A stretch of 32,000 nt of DNA from Dubosiella newyorkensis (GCF_001945605.1 NZ_MPKA01000090.1:1-32000); one strand, 5' to 3'. Shown: positions 22,836-31,977, counted from the stretch's first letter. A program made the numbers and translations. The notes: generated by a model not told the origin, from the sequence alone.

Positions 22836-24222
22836 AGAACTCCCCTCGACCGAATATAAATACGGATTCCACGATAAAGACGTTTCCGTGTTTAAAACAG
22901 GAAAAGGCTTGAATGAAGAAACCGTCCGCGAGATCTCGCGGATCAAAAAAGAGCCGGAATGGATGCTGGATCTGCGCTTGAAAGCATATCACGCCTTTGA
23001 AGAAAAACCGAATCCAAACTGGGGACCTGATCTTAGCGAGATCGATTTCGACGATTATACGTATTACATCAAACCAAGCGAGAAACAAGAAAAAACGTGG
23101 GACGAGGTCCCAGAAACGATCCGTGACACATTCGAGAAACTCGGCATCCCGGAAGCGGAACAAAAATTTTTAGCTGGAGTCTCTACCCAATACGAATCGG
23201 AAGTCGTCTACCATAACATGCTCGAAGAAGTCGAAGAAAAAGGCGTGATCTTCTTAGACACAGATTCTGCGCTGCGCGAACATCCAGATCTCGTCAAAAA
23301 GTACTTTGGGAAACTCGTTCCTTATAACGACAATAAATACGCGGCCCTCAATACAGCCGTATGGTCTGGTGGCTCATTCATCTACGTACCAAAAGGTGTC
23401 AAGCTCGAAAAACCTCTGCAATCGTATTTTAGAATCAACTCGATGCAGATGGGACAATTCGAGCGGACATTGATCATCGTCGATGAAGGCGCGGATGTCC
23501 ACTATGTTGAAGGCTGTACCGCGCCAACGTATTCCAAAGATTCCTTGCACGCGGCCGTCGTAGAGATCTTCGTTCATAAAAACGCGAGATGCCGGTATTC
23601 AACTGTGCAAAACTGGTCAGACAACATTATCAATCTCGTCACTAAACGTGCCAAAGTGGACGCGTTTGGTCATATGGAATGGATCGATGGAAACATCGGC
23701 AGCGGAATCAATATGAAATATCCAGCATGTCTTCTTGCTGGCGAATACGCAAGAGGCACATGTATTTCGATCGCTGTGGCTTCCAAGGGCCAAAAACAAG
23801 ACGCGGGCGCTAAGATGATCCATCTTGCTCCGCATACCTATTCGACGATCGTCTCGAAATCGGTTGCTCGAGATGGAGGGGAAGTGAATTACCGGGGCTG
23901 GGTCGTTCAAAGCAAGAATGCCGAATATTCAAAATCGAAAGTCGAGTGCGATACGCTGATCTTAGATGAGAAATCCCGCTCCGATACGATCCCGCTCAAT
24001 AAAGCCTACAACAAAACGAGCCAGATCGAACATGAAGCCACGGTATCGAATATTTCCGAAGAACAGCTCTTCTATTTGATGTCTCGAGGATTGTCTCGTT
24101 CAAAAGCCACCGAAATGATCGTTATGGGCTTTTTGGAACCATTCACAAGAGAGCTTCCGATGGAATACGCAGTCGAACTCAACCAGCTCCTCAAATTGGA
24201 TATGAGTGATTCCATTGGATAG
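22822..24222 (+). CDS. sufB: Fe-S cluster assembly scaffold SufB
   Basis: The track ORF starts at 22708. I prefer ATG 22822 after GGGGGAAG, giving 466 aa, the normal SufB size. The N-terminus YKYGFHD and the C-terminus [21 protein letters not shown] are characteristic. Confidence 0.95.
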   Translation: MDNNKELPSTEYKYGFHDKDVSVFKTGKGLNEETVREISRIKKEPEWMLDLRLKAYHAFEEKPNPNWGPDLSEIDFDDYTYYIKPSEKQEKTWDEVPETIRDTFEKLGIPEAEQKFLAGVSTQYESEVVYHNMLEEVEEKGVIFLDTDSALREHPDLVKKYFGKLVPYNDNKYAALNTAVWSGGSFIYVPKGVKLEKPLQSYFRINSMQMGQFERTLIIVDEGADVHYVEGCTAPTYSKDSLHAAVVEIFVHKNARCRYSTVQNWSDNIINLVTKRAKVDAFGHMEWIDGNIGSGINMKYPACLLAGEYARGTCISIAVASKGQKQDAGAKMIHLAPHTYSTIVSKSVARDGGEVNYRGWVVQSKNAEYSKSKVECDTLILDEKSRSDTIPLNKAYNKTSQIEHEATVSNISEEQLFYLMSRGLSRSKATEMIVMGFLEPFTRELPMEYAVELNQLLKLDMSDSIG

Positions 24223-24739
24223 AAGAGACTGGATCGAAAAGCGAAAACACATCGAAGATCGTGAATCCAAAGAAAGGGCAATCGTTGAAAAACTATTGCC
24301 TTTTTTAGAAGGAAAGATCGTCGCAGGCTATATGCCCATCTTAGGCGAGGTCGACGTGACACGCTTTTTAGACGATCGGATCCAATATTTACCAAAAACA
24401 GATCCTCGTTCCATTCAAATGCGCTTTGAAAAAGTTGATCTCCAAACAAAACTGGAAAGAGGTCAATTCAAAGTCATGGAACCTCCCATCAATCCTTTGA
24501 GCGATCCAAGCCAAATCGATGTGATCCTCGTGCCGCTTGTGGCTTTTTCCAATACGAATCGTTTAGGATATGGGAAAGGATATTATGATCGCTATTTAAA
24601 AACGAGCGAGGCTCTCCATATCGGACTCGCTTTTGAGGAGCAGGAAGGCGAATTCATGATCCAGCCGTGGGATGTGGCGCTAGATTATATCATTACCGAC
24701 AAGAGGATCCTTGCCAAAAAAAAGAGGAGAGAATTATGA
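24206..24739 (+). CDS. 5-formyltetrahydrofolate cyclo-ligase (MTHFS)
   Basis: [11 protein letters not shown] motif, LVPLVAFS and [12 protein letters not shown]. The start is uncertain: GTG 24206 or TTG 24215, both overlapping the sufB end. Confidence 0.85.
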   Translation: MIPLDRRDWIEKRKHIEDRESKERAIVEKLLPFLEGKIVAGYMPILGEVDVTRFLDDRIQYLPKTDPRSIQMRFEKVDLQTKLERGQFKVMEPPINPLSDPSQIDVILVPLVAFSNTNRLGYGKGYYDRYLKTSEALHIGLAFEEQEGEFMIQPWDVALDYIITDKRILAKKKRREL

Positions 24740-25803
24740 GTGTTGTTACAAATATTCGCGAATTCTGGGAACGCTTTGAGGATGAACAAAGCGACTTGCA
24801 GAACGCGCTAAAAACCAAAAACTATGATTTGATCAACGAGATCGTTCAAGGACTGAACGAAGAAGTCAACGCGATCAGCGGATGCAGTTTTTTTGTAGAA
24901 GATGTCAGCGAAGATTTTGAAATGACCTTTGATCCAGGTCCAAATAAAACGAGCCAGTATTTAGCCCAGCGTCTAAAAAAAATGGCGCCCGATAACGTGA
25001 AAGCGCTATGGCGCATCAACGCCTCTTTGCAGCCGCTTTCACAAAAAGCGATCGAGGCCTCCGTCCAGATCAAAGACCAAGTGTATTCTCTCGTGGATTT
25101 TTATGTCTTCTATACAGTGGATTCAAGCAGCCAAACGATCCAGACCAAAGTGTATTGTCCTGGATATTCCTTGATCGAAAACGACGAATACACCAAAGAG
25201 ATGAGCATGTATCTTTTAGAGCTCGCGATCGGACAAACGTATTATGAAGCTTATATCTCGCTAGTCGAACCATTGACCCAGCCCGAAGCGGACAATCCAA
25301 ATTTTTGTTCCCTTGTCGACTTCTACACGAAGATCCAAGACATCGTTGAAAAGGATCACTGGAAAGAATACGCTTCTCCATTAGATATTTATTCGATCTA
25401 TGAACCGAATCAAGATTTTGCCCATGACGCCTTGCGTAAAGATATGAAGATCATCTTCACCACCCATCCACTTTTAGTCGAGGAAACGCTAGGAGAAAAA
25501 AACGATGTTCTTCTAGATCTTAAAGCGAAAGATGGCGATTATGGATATATTTATTATGTGAATCCTTTTCAAGGAAAGGATAACGCTTTGTTTCGGCAAG
25601 AGCTCTCGAAGCAGCTTGACGAAACGATGTCGAAGCTCAACTTAGGAAAGGTGATCGGCGGCGCGATGGGGAAAAGCTTTTCGTATATCGATTGGATCAT
25701 CTTCGATCTAGAAGGTTTTGAAAAAGCGTTCGAACAGATCAAAAAAAAGCTCGACCCGAAAGTCGAACTTCATTTTCAAACATTTCAAGAAACGATGAAT
25801 TAA
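24736..25803 (+). CDS. hypothetical cytoplasmic protein (355 aa), no family recognised
   Basis: ATG 24736 overlaps the MTHFS stop (ATGA) and follows AAGAGGAGAG. It is acidic, with no TM segment or signal peptide. The long clean ORF has native composition. Confidence 0.75.
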   Translation: MSVVTNIREFWERFEDEQSDLQNALKTKNYDLINEIVQGLNEEVNAISGCSFFVEDVSEDFEMTFDPGPNKTSQYLAQRLKKMAPDNVKALWRINASLQPLSQKAIEASVQIKDQVYSLVDFYVFYTVDSSSQTIQTKVYCPGYSLIENDEYTKEMSMYLLELAIGQTYYEAYISLVEPLTQPEADNPNFCSLVDFYTKIQDIVEKDHWKEYASPLDIYSIYEPNQDFAHDALRKDMKIIFTTHPLLVEETLGEKNDVLLDLKAKDGDYGYIYYVNPFQGKDNALFRQELSKQLDETMSKLNLGKVIGGAMGKSFSYIDWIIFDLEGFEKAFEQIKKKLDPKVELHFQTFQETMN

Positions 25804-26261
25804 GAAAGATCAGCGCATGCGTTCAGCAGGCGCTCTCTTTTTATGCCTTCAAATTGCTTGGTCGGATCTTCTAAAAAATGAGCCAACACATCCGCGTCTT
25901 TGAGCGCTTCGCATAAAGGAGAATCGTATTGACCTTTTTTCGAATGCTGCGAGATAGCGTAGCAGATCTCGTCGATTTCGCTGATCTTGAATAAATTCGT
26001 TTCGCTCAAAAAATTATGGGCATAGATCGCCGACATGCGGGCATGCTCGCTGTGGGGACAATTTTGCGTATATTGAGAAAAGTCATGGAAAAGAGCACAG
26101 ATCTTGCAAAGTTCTAGATTTAAATTACGGGAAATGGCGAGCAACGTGATACAGTTGTCGACCGCGTTGGTGTGCGTCATCGCGTTGGCTCTTAAAATCT
26201 CATTATAGATCGCGTTGAATTTTCCATAAACATGATCTTTGATGCGTTGATAGCGTTCCAT
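25800..26261 (-). CDS. HD-domain metal-dependent phosphohydrolase family protein
   Basis: RBS GGGAGG lies 6 nt before the ATG. An HD dyad (ALFHDFSQY) is present, with additional His/Asp (HSEHARM, LKDADVLAH). Confidence 0.8.
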   Translation of the reverse strand: MERYQRIKDHVYGKFNAIYNEILRANAMTHTNAVDNCITLLAISRNLNLELCKICALFHDFSQYTQNCPHSEHARMSAIYAHNFLSETNLFKISEIDEICYAISQHSKKGQYDSPLCEALKDADVLAHFLEDPTKQFEGIKRERLLNACADLS

Positions 26262-26272
26262 AGAAAACCTCC

Positions 26273-26307
26273 CAAAAAAAAGCGCATGAATTTAAATCAT
26301 GCGCTGC
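26273..26307 (-). terminator. rho-independent terminator after the cold-shock gene
   Basis: The minus strand reads AGCGCATGA tttaaat TCATGCGCT TTTTTTT: a 9-bp stem (26281-26289 with 26297-26305) and a 7-T run (26274-26280). Confidence 0.85.
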
Positions 26308-26324
26308 CTCGATCGTGACTTACA

Positions 26325-26537
26325 TTAAGCAATCGTGTTGACTACAGTCACTTTGCTGGCTTGCTGACCGCGATTGCTTTCAATAACATCATATGTGACA
26401 GTCTGTCCTTCTTCTAATGTCTTGAACCCATCGCAGTTGATGGAAGAGTAGTGAACGAAAACATCTTTTCCGTCTTCGCCGGTAATGAACCCATACCCTT
26501 TCTCAGCGTTGAACCATTTTACTTTTCCTGTGTTCAT
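26325..26537 (-). CDS. csp: cold-shock protein, CspA family
   Basis: [18 protein letters not shown] (RNP1) and DVFVHYS (RNP2). It is 70 aa with RBS GGGGG. Confidence 0.97.
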   Translation of the reverse strand: MNTGKVKWFNAEKGYGFITGEDGKDVFVHYSSINCDGFKTLEEGQTVTYDVIESNRGQQASKVTVVNTIA

Positions 26538-26664
26538 TGTTTAACCCCCTGGTTCGATCTTATCGATTATTTTCCCGCATCAACCGTCAACAATCCGATG
26601 AAGTACAAAATCACGATAAGGCTTTCCCTATAGAAATTATACGAAACCTATAACAAAGTGTCAA
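26538..26664 (-). promoter_or_regulatory. consensus sigma-A promoter (TTGACA-17-TATAAT) plus ~90-nt 5' leader of the cold-shock gene
   Basis: The reverse complement of 26636-26664 is TTGACA ctttgttataggtttcg TATAAT, an exact consensus with a 17-nt spacer. The predicted start is near 26629, which leaves a long leader as is usual for csp genes. Confidence 0.75.
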
Positions 26665-26742
26665 CAAAGAAGTCGTTAAATGTAAAGCGCATTCATTTTC
26701 AAAAGTATACCACATTTTTTTTGCGGGAGTCGAACATTCTGA

Positions 26743-26771
26743 TTGGTTCTAAAACATCATTCAAGTATAAT
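26743..26771 (+). promoter_or_regulatory. candidate sigma-A promoter of the LRR gene (TTGGTT-17-TATAAT)
   Basis: TTGGTT at 26743-26748 and TATAAT at 26766-26771 with a 17-nt spacer, 30 nt upstream of ATG 26801. Confidence 0.55.
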
Positions 26772-26800
26772 AAATCTAAAGAGTGCAGGAGGACAAACCT

Positions 26801-28243
26801 ATGTTTATCAAAGATGAAGCCTTAAGAGAGGCAGTTGCACGAAACCTAAAAATCAAAGAGGATGAGCTTACCCCAGAATCGCTGCAAGGACTCATCCATC
26901 TCGAAGTGCCCGATATGGAGATCAAATCGCTAGAAGGACTCCAATATGCGGAAAACCTGGAATTTTTAGACGCTAGTGGCAACAACTTACAATCGCTTGA
27001 ACCGATCAGAGATCTAAGAAACGTCTTGACTCTGGATGTTTCGAGCAATCAGCTTCGCGATATCCAAGCGCTGCATGGCTATCGTCAACTGAAAAAACTC
27101 AATATATCCCGAAATAATTTGTATACGATGGACATTTCGAGCATCGCTGGCATGATCCATCTCGAAGTGCTTGATCTGAAGAAAGCGAAGATCGACTCTT
27201 TAGAGCACATCATCCATTGTAAAAAACTCGAAGAACTAAGGATCAATACCGAAAATGGACCCTTCAACTATTCCATCTTAGGCACGCTCAAACATTTGAA
27301 GAAACTGGATATGTCGGGAATGCGCCGATTTTATATCGACGATCTGACCTACATCTCGACACTAGAAAGCTTGAATCTTTCGACTAATTTAATGAGCGAT
27401 CTTTCACCGCTCCTTTCCATGACGCATTTAAAAGAGCTGGATGTAAGCAACAACCCATACTTGAAAGATTATACGATCTTGGAAGAATTCCCATCGCTGA
27501 AAAAGCTCAATATGAACTATAACGAGCCGAACAACTTTGATTTTTTGAAAAATCTTCCGCTTTTGGAGGAGCTTTCGATGGAACAGACCGGCTTTCATGA
27601 TATGGAGCTTCTCAATCACATGAAAAGCTTATGTGTTCTGAACGTATCGAAAAACGATCTGAAAAATGTCGATCGATTCCGCAATGTCGAGAATCTAGAA
27701 AGTTTGAAGGCCGAATTCTGCCAGCTTACCAATGTCGATTTCTTGAAACATGCGCACAAGCTGGAAAGCCTCGATCTCTTTACGAATCGCATCACGAGCA
27801 TCGACGTATTGAGAGAGGATAAAAATATCGTCGAATTGAATGTTGGACGCAACCAGATCCGTGATATCGAGTGCTTGAAGGATATGAAGCAGCTCGCGAT
27901 CCTATCCCTAGAAAACAACGATGTCCACAATATCGAGCCATTAGCCGGACTGGATAATTTGTGCATGATCGATCTCTACAATAACGTGATTTCTGATCTC
28001 AAACCGCTAGAGCACCTTGAATATGTATCGTATCTGCGTTTGGATCACAATGCGATCATCGATCTGACTCCGCTCAAACATTTGAAATTCTTGCGCTCAT
28101 TGACGCTGAAAGCCAACTACATCACGGATGTTTCGCCACTTAAAGACCTTCGATTGCTTGAAGCGCTCCGTCTAGATGACAATCCGATCGCGGATACTTC
28201 CGTATTGGAAAGCATGGAATTTTATGATAAGTTCACAGATTGA
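26801..28243 (+). CDS. leucine-rich repeat protein (internalin-type ~22-aa LRRs), no signal peptide or anchor
   Basis: The track ORF starts at GTG 26783. I prefer ATG 26801, 8 nt after GCAGGAGGA. About 20 consecutive LxxLxLxxNxIxDIxxL units are present, for example LEFLDASGNNLQSLEPIRDLRN, LTLDVSSNQLRDIQALHGYRQ and LRSLTLKANYITDVSPLKDLRL. Confidence 0.88.
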   Translation: MFIKDEALREAVARNLKIKEDELTPESLQGLIHLEVPDMEIKSLEGLQYAENLEFLDASGNNLQSLEPIRDLRNVLTLDVSSNQLRDIQALHGYRQLKKLNISRNNLYTMDISSIAGMIHLEVLDLKKAKIDSLEHIIHCKKLEELRINTENGPFNYSILGTLKHLKKLDMSGMRRFYIDDLTYISTLESLNLSTNLMSDLSPLLSMTHLKELDVSNNPYLKDYTILEEFPSLKKLNMNYNEPNNFDFLKNLPLLEELSMEQTGFHDMELLNHMKSLCVLNVSKNDLKNVDRFRNVENLESLKAEFCQLTNVDFLKHAHKLESLDLFTNRITSIDVLREDKNIVELNVGRNQIRDIECLKDMKQLAILSLENNDVHNIEPLAGLDNLCMIDLYNNVISDLKPLEHLEYVSYLRLDHNAIIDLTPLKHLKFLRSLTLKANYITDVSPLKDLRLLEALRLDDNPIADTSVLESMEFYDKFTD

Positions 28244-28269
28244 TCCCGGGCTTCCGGGATTTTTCTTTT
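28243..28269 (+). terminator. rho-independent terminator after the LRR gene
   Basis: ATCCCGG (28243-28249) pairs with CCGGGAT (28254-28260) around the loop GCTT, followed by TTTTCTTTT. Confidence 0.8.
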
Positions 28270-28307
28270 GAAGATGAAAACGAAGAAGAGTATGCTAAAA
28301 TAGCCGT

Positions 28308-28475
28308 ATGTTAAAACAAGCAAAAAAGGGAATCGAAAAAATGATCGACAAAGAGATCCAGGTCGCCAACGCGACGATCCACTACGCAGCCAGCCTGATC
28401 GAGATCCTCTTCCAAAAAGAAGATGTCATGAACACGCCGCTCCATAGAAAGGAGGAAGAGAATGAAAACCAATGA
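28308..28475 (+). CDS. possible small ORF (55 aa, or 44 aa from ATG 28341) overlapping the kinase gene start
   Basis: Not in the track, which appears to omit ORFs under 60 aa. My own translation is MLKQAKKGIEKMIDKEIQVANATIHYAASLIEILFQKEDVMNTPLHRKEEENENQ*. The TGA at 28473 overlaps the next gene by 14 nt. An extended -10, TGcTAAAAT (28293-28301), lies just upstream. AAGGG lies 10 nt before the second ATG. Confidence 0.3.
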   Translation: MLKQAKKGIEKMIDKEIQVANATIHYAASLIEILFQKEDVMNTPLHRKEEENENQ

Positions 28476-30051
28476 ATCCAGCTTCCATCGTTTTGTGGAG
28501 ATCGTCAAGATCCTGCATAAATATCATATCGAAAAAGGAATGGATCCCGTCAAATTCAGGCATATTTTAGAAGATCTAGGACCCACCTTTGTCAAGATCG
28601 GCCAAATCATGTCGACACGCCAAGATATGTTCTCCCAGCGTTATTGCGAAGAATTGACAAAACTTAGAAGCAATGTCGCGCCTCTTCCTTATGAAACGAT
28701 CCTCGAGATCTTACGGGAAAACTATCACAAACCACCTTTGGAAATTTTCGAGAGCATCGATGAAGTCCCTCTTGGTTCCGCCTCGATCGCGCAAGTCCAC
28801 AAAGCGGTTTTAAGAGATGGTAATCCAGTCGTCTTAAAGATCCAGCGCCCAGGTATCTATAAAGAAATGGAAAGCGACGTAAACCTGATCCGCAAGGCGA
28901 TCAAAGTCCTCAATGTATCGGAAACGCTCTCTTCGGTCGTCGATCTAAATATGGTGCTTGATGAATTTTGGAGCACAGCCAAACAAGAAATGAATTTTCA
29001 TCATGAAGCCAACAACGCCAAGCGCTTCAAAGAAATCTACAAAGATACGGCTTATATCAATGCCCCCTCGATCTATGAGACGTATACCTCGAATCTCGTT
29101 TTGGCGATGGAGTATATTGGAGGAGAAGAAATCGATGATTCGCTCGCTCTTGATCAGCAAGACTATGATCGAAAAGAGATCGCCCGCAAACTCGCCTATA
29201 ACTATGTGAACCAGATCATCGAGGTCGGCTTTTTTCATGCCGATCCTCATTCAGGAAATTTAAGGGTCGACCAAGGACAGATCGTGTGGATCGATTTTGG
29301 GATGATGGGAGAGCTCTCGATACGTGATAGAGATCTGATGCGCCAAGGGATCGAAGCTCTGGCCAATCGGGATACGAACTTGCTAGTCGAGACGATCTTG
29401 ACATTAGGCGTTTGTCAAAAGGAAATCGACTATTCTAAATTTACTGTCGAGATTGATCGGTTCATGAATCAATACGTCAATCAGTCGTTAGTGGATATCA
29501 ATTTACCAAAGATGATCCAAGATATGTTCGCGATCTGTCATCGATATTCGATCATGTTGCCAAAAGGGATCTCGATGCTCGCACGATCGCTCGTCACCTT
29601 TGAAGGAACGATAAAAGCGCTCGATCCGATGACGAATATCATGGAAATCGTCTCGATGTATCGAAACGATCTTCTAGATATCGATTGGGCCAAGCAGCTC
29701 AAGAAAACGACCCTCAAAGTATTGGACGCGGCCAACAAGTCGCTCGATCTGCCCATCACGCTCGACGCGGTCTTGAAAGCGGTCCAAAAAGGGCAGATCA
29801 AGGTGAATCTAAATTTATTGGGCAGCGAAGCGCCGATCGCGAATTTAGATCGAATGATCAATCGCATCGTTGTTTGTGTCTTGATCGCCGCTTTATTGAT
29901 GGGAAGCAGTATAATATGTACGACCAATATGAAGCCAAAAGTGCTAGGGATCCCATTGATTGGTTTTCTTGGCTTTATGATCGCTTTTGGCATGAGTTTG
30001 TGGTTGTTTGTGAAGATGCTTTTTCTGCATCAAAAAAACAAACCGTTTTAG
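28462..30051 (+). CDS. ABC1/UbiB (AarF)-family atypical protein kinase with C-terminal TM helices
   Basis: Strong RBS AAGGAGG. LGPTFVKIGQIMSTR, GSASIAQVH, VLKIQRPGI, HADPHSGNL and WIDFGMMG are present, with two hydrophobic helices at the C-terminus. Confidence 0.92.
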   Translation: MKTNESSFHRFVEIVKILHKYHIEKGMDPVKFRHILEDLGPTFVKIGQIMSTRQDMFSQRYCEELTKLRSNVAPLPYETILEILRENYHKPPLEIFESIDEVPLGSASIAQVHKAVLRDGNPVVLKIQRPGIYKEMESDVNLIRKAIKVLNVSETLSSVVDLNMVLDEFWSTAKQEMNFHHEANNAKRFKEIYKDTAYINAPSIYETYTSNLVLAMEYIGGEEIDDSLALDQQDYDRKEIARKLAYNYVNQIIEVGFFHADPHSGNLRVDQGQIVWIDFGMMGELSIRDRDLMRQGIEALANRDTNLLVETILTLGVCQKEIDYSKFTVEIDRFMNQYVNQSLVDINLPKMIQDMFAICHRYSIMLPKGISMLARSLVTFEGTIKALDPMTNIMEIVSMYRNDLLDIDWAKQLKKTTLKVLDAANKSLDLPITLDAVLKAVQKGQIKVNLNLLGSEAPIANLDRMINRIVVCVLIAALLMGSSIICTTNMKPKVLGIPLIGFLGFMIAFGMSLWLFVKMLFLHQKNKPF

Positions 30052-30060
30052 CAAAGGAGC

Positions 30061-30570
30061 ATGAATTTGAAAGAACATATAAAAGCGACAATGGCTTCAA
30101 GCTTGCTTATCTTGATCCTTGTCGGACTTGACCAATGGAGCAAATGGGCAATCCAAACCCACATGAAGCTGTATGAATCGATCCCGATCATGCCTAGATT
30201 TTTCAAGCTGTTTTATGTCCAGAATACGGGAGCTGGCTTCAGTTTATTTGAAGGATTTGGACCTTGGTTTTTCTTGATCCTGACTCTGATCGCTCTATGC
30301 GCCATAGTTTACTATTTCTATCATACGAACGATCGGATGGTGCAGCTGAGCTTAACGCTTATTTTCGCAGGAGCGATCGGCAATTTGATCGACCGCATGA
30401 GACTAGGTTATGTGGTGGATTTTTTCAGCTTCAATCTTTTTGGCTGGGATTTTCCCGTCTTCAATATCGCGGACATTTGTATTAGTGTCGGCTTTATCCT
30501 TTTAGTCGTTTATTTGTTGTGGGATGAATACAGAAAGGAAAAACAATGGAAAAACAATATCAAGTCGTAG
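30061..30570 (+). CDS. lspA: lipoprotein signal peptidase (signal peptidase II)
   Basis: NTGAGFS, GNLIDR, VVDFF and FNIADICI are present. ATG 30061 sits only 1 nt after GGAG, so in-frame TTG 30067 (7-nt spacing) is an alternative start. Confidence 0.92.
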   Translation: MNLKEHIKATMASSLLILILVGLDQWSKWAIQTHMKLYESIPIMPRFFKLFYVQNTGAGFSLFEGFGPWFFLILTLIALCAIVYYFYHTNDRMVQLSLTLIFAGAIGNLIDRMRLGYVVDFFSFNLFGWDFPVFNIADICISVGFILLVVYLLWDEYRKEKQWKNNIKS

Positions 30571-31463
30571 AAGAGAAGGGCGCCAATCAACGCCTCGATA
30601 AAGCGCTCTGTCTACTCTTTGACATTTCTAGAAATCGAGCCAAAGAGCTGATCGATGAAGAAGCGGTCCTTGTCAATGGGATCGGCACCAAACCCTCGTA
30701 TAAAGTACAGACGGGCGATGAGATCGAACTTCTCATGCCGCCTTTAGAAGAAGTCGAGATCAAGCCGGAAAACATTCCTCTCGATATCGTGTATGAAGAT
30801 GAGGATGTATTGGTCGTAAACAAGCCAAGAGGAATGGTCGTTCATCCTTCGCCAGGCCATTATTCAGGAACGCTAGTCAACGCCTTGATGTATCACATCA
30901 AAGATTTAAGCGGGATCAATGGAGTGATGCGTCCAGGGATCGTGCACCGGATCGATAAAGATACAAGTGGGTTATTGATCGTCTGCAAAAACGACAACGC
31001 ACATACACAAATCTCTAAGCAACTTTCAGAGAAAGAGTGCAAACGAGAATATAAGGCGATCGTCCATCGTCCATTCAGTCATACATTTGGCACAGTCGAC
31101 GCACCGATCGGAAGAGATGAGAAGAACCGCCAAAAAATGGCGGTCACAGCCAACAACTCTAAAAACGCGATCACGCATTTTGAGGTGTTGGAAAACTTTA
31201 AAAACTACGCCTATATTTTATGCAAGCTCGAGACGGGAAGGACCCACCAGATCCGTGTCCATATGGAATATATCGAACATCCGATCGTCGGCGATCCAAA
31301 ATATGGGTATCGTAAAACGCTTCCGACTGATGGACAGCTTCTTCACGCCTATGCGCTTGAATTCACGCACCCAACGACAGGCAAGAGAATGCGCTTTGAA
31401 AAAGAGCCGCCTCAGATTTTTCAAGACGTGCTCCATAAAATGGAAACAGGAGAGATCGAATGA
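30546..31463 (+). CDS. rluD: RluA-family 23S rRNA pseudouridine synthase (RluD-like) with S4 domain
   Basis: An N-terminal S4-like RLDKAL...SRNRAKELI and the catalytic HRIDKDTSGLLIV, plus GRTHQIRVH. It overlaps lspA by 25 nt. The lspA-rluD linkage is conserved in Bacillota. Confidence 0.93.
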   Translation: MEKQYQVVEEKGANQRLDKALCLLFDISRNRAKELIDEEAVLVNGIGTKPSYKVQTGDEIELLMPPLEEVEIKPENIPLDIVYEDEDVLVVNKPRGMVVHPSPGHYSGTLVNALMYHIKDLSGINGVMRPGIVHRIDKDTSGLLIVCKNDNAHTQISKQLSEKECKREYKAIVHRPFSHTFGTVDAPIGRDEKNRQKMAVTANNSKNAITHFEVLENFKNYAYILCKLETGRTHQIRVHMEYIEHPIVGDPKYGYRKTLPTDGQLLHAYALEFTHPTTGKRMRFEKEPPQIFQDVLHKMETGEIE

Positions 31464-31945
31464 GGGCCAAGGAAGATGTATTGACATGGGATCAATACTT
31501 TATGAGTATGGCTCATCTAAGCGCGATGCGAAGCAAAGATCCAAACACGCGAGTGGGCGCATGTATCGTCAATCCTCAAAAAAGAGTCGTTGGCTTAGGG
31601 TACAATGGATTCCCGATGGGGTGCAGCGACACGAAGTATTCTTGGGAGAGGGAAGGCGATTTTCTAGAAACGAAGTATCCGTATGTCGTTCATGCCGAAC
31701 TCAACGCGATCCTCAATAGTATTCAAAACTTAGCGGGATGCACGATGTACGTATCGTTATTTCCATGCAACGAGTGCGCGAAAGCGATCATTCAATCCGG
31801 AATCAAAACGGTAGTCTATGAAGATGACAAGTATGATGGCTCTCCTGAAAATATGGCAAGCAAGCGCATGTTTCTCGACGCGGGAGTCGTTTTGATCCAG
31901 CTGCCTTATTGTTTGAAAGTCTGCGTGGAAGAAATCGAAGAATGA
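31460..31945 (+). CDS. comEB: dCMP deaminase (ComEB-type cytidine/deoxycytidylate deaminase)
   Basis: Zinc motifs HAELNAI and PCNECAKAI. The N-terminus WDQYFM...A.LSAMRSKDPNTRVGAC is characteristic. ATG overlaps the rluD stop (ATGA). Confidence 0.93.
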   Translation: MRAKEDVLTWDQYFMSMAHLSAMRSKDPNTRVGACIVNPQKRVVGLGYNGFPMGCSDTKYSWEREGDFLETKYPYVVHAELNAILNSIQNLAGCTMYVSLFPCNECAKAIIQSGIKTVVYEDDKYDGSPENMASKRMFLDAGVVLIQLPYCLKVCVEEIEE

Positions 31946-31946
31946 G

Positions 31947-31977
31947 AAAAAAGCCTTTTGCGAAAAAAGGCTTTTTT
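31947..31977 (+). terminator. rho-independent terminator closing the ubiB-like/lspA/rluD/comEB operon
   Basis: AGCCTTTT (31952-31959) pairs with AAAAGGCT (31965-31972) around a 5-nt loop, followed by TTTTT. Confidence 0.85.

Noticed and set aside
26801-28243. Internalin-type virulence or adhesion factor
   Set aside because: There is no signal peptide, inter-repeat Ig-like region, LPXTG, GW or other anchor. Only the LRR fold is shared, so I kept it as a generic LRR protein.
28311-28508. 65-aa minus-strand ORF upstream of and overlapping the kinase gene start
   Set aside because: It is antisense to the kinase RBS and start and to the better-placed plus-strand small ORF. It has no RBS or promoter on that strand.
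31087-31719. 210-aa ORF overlapping rluD and the dCMP deaminase gene in another frame
   Set aside because: It lies entirely inside two genes with strong family signatures. The product is Arg/Ser-rich and low in complexity, as expected from out-of-frame reading, and there is no RBS.
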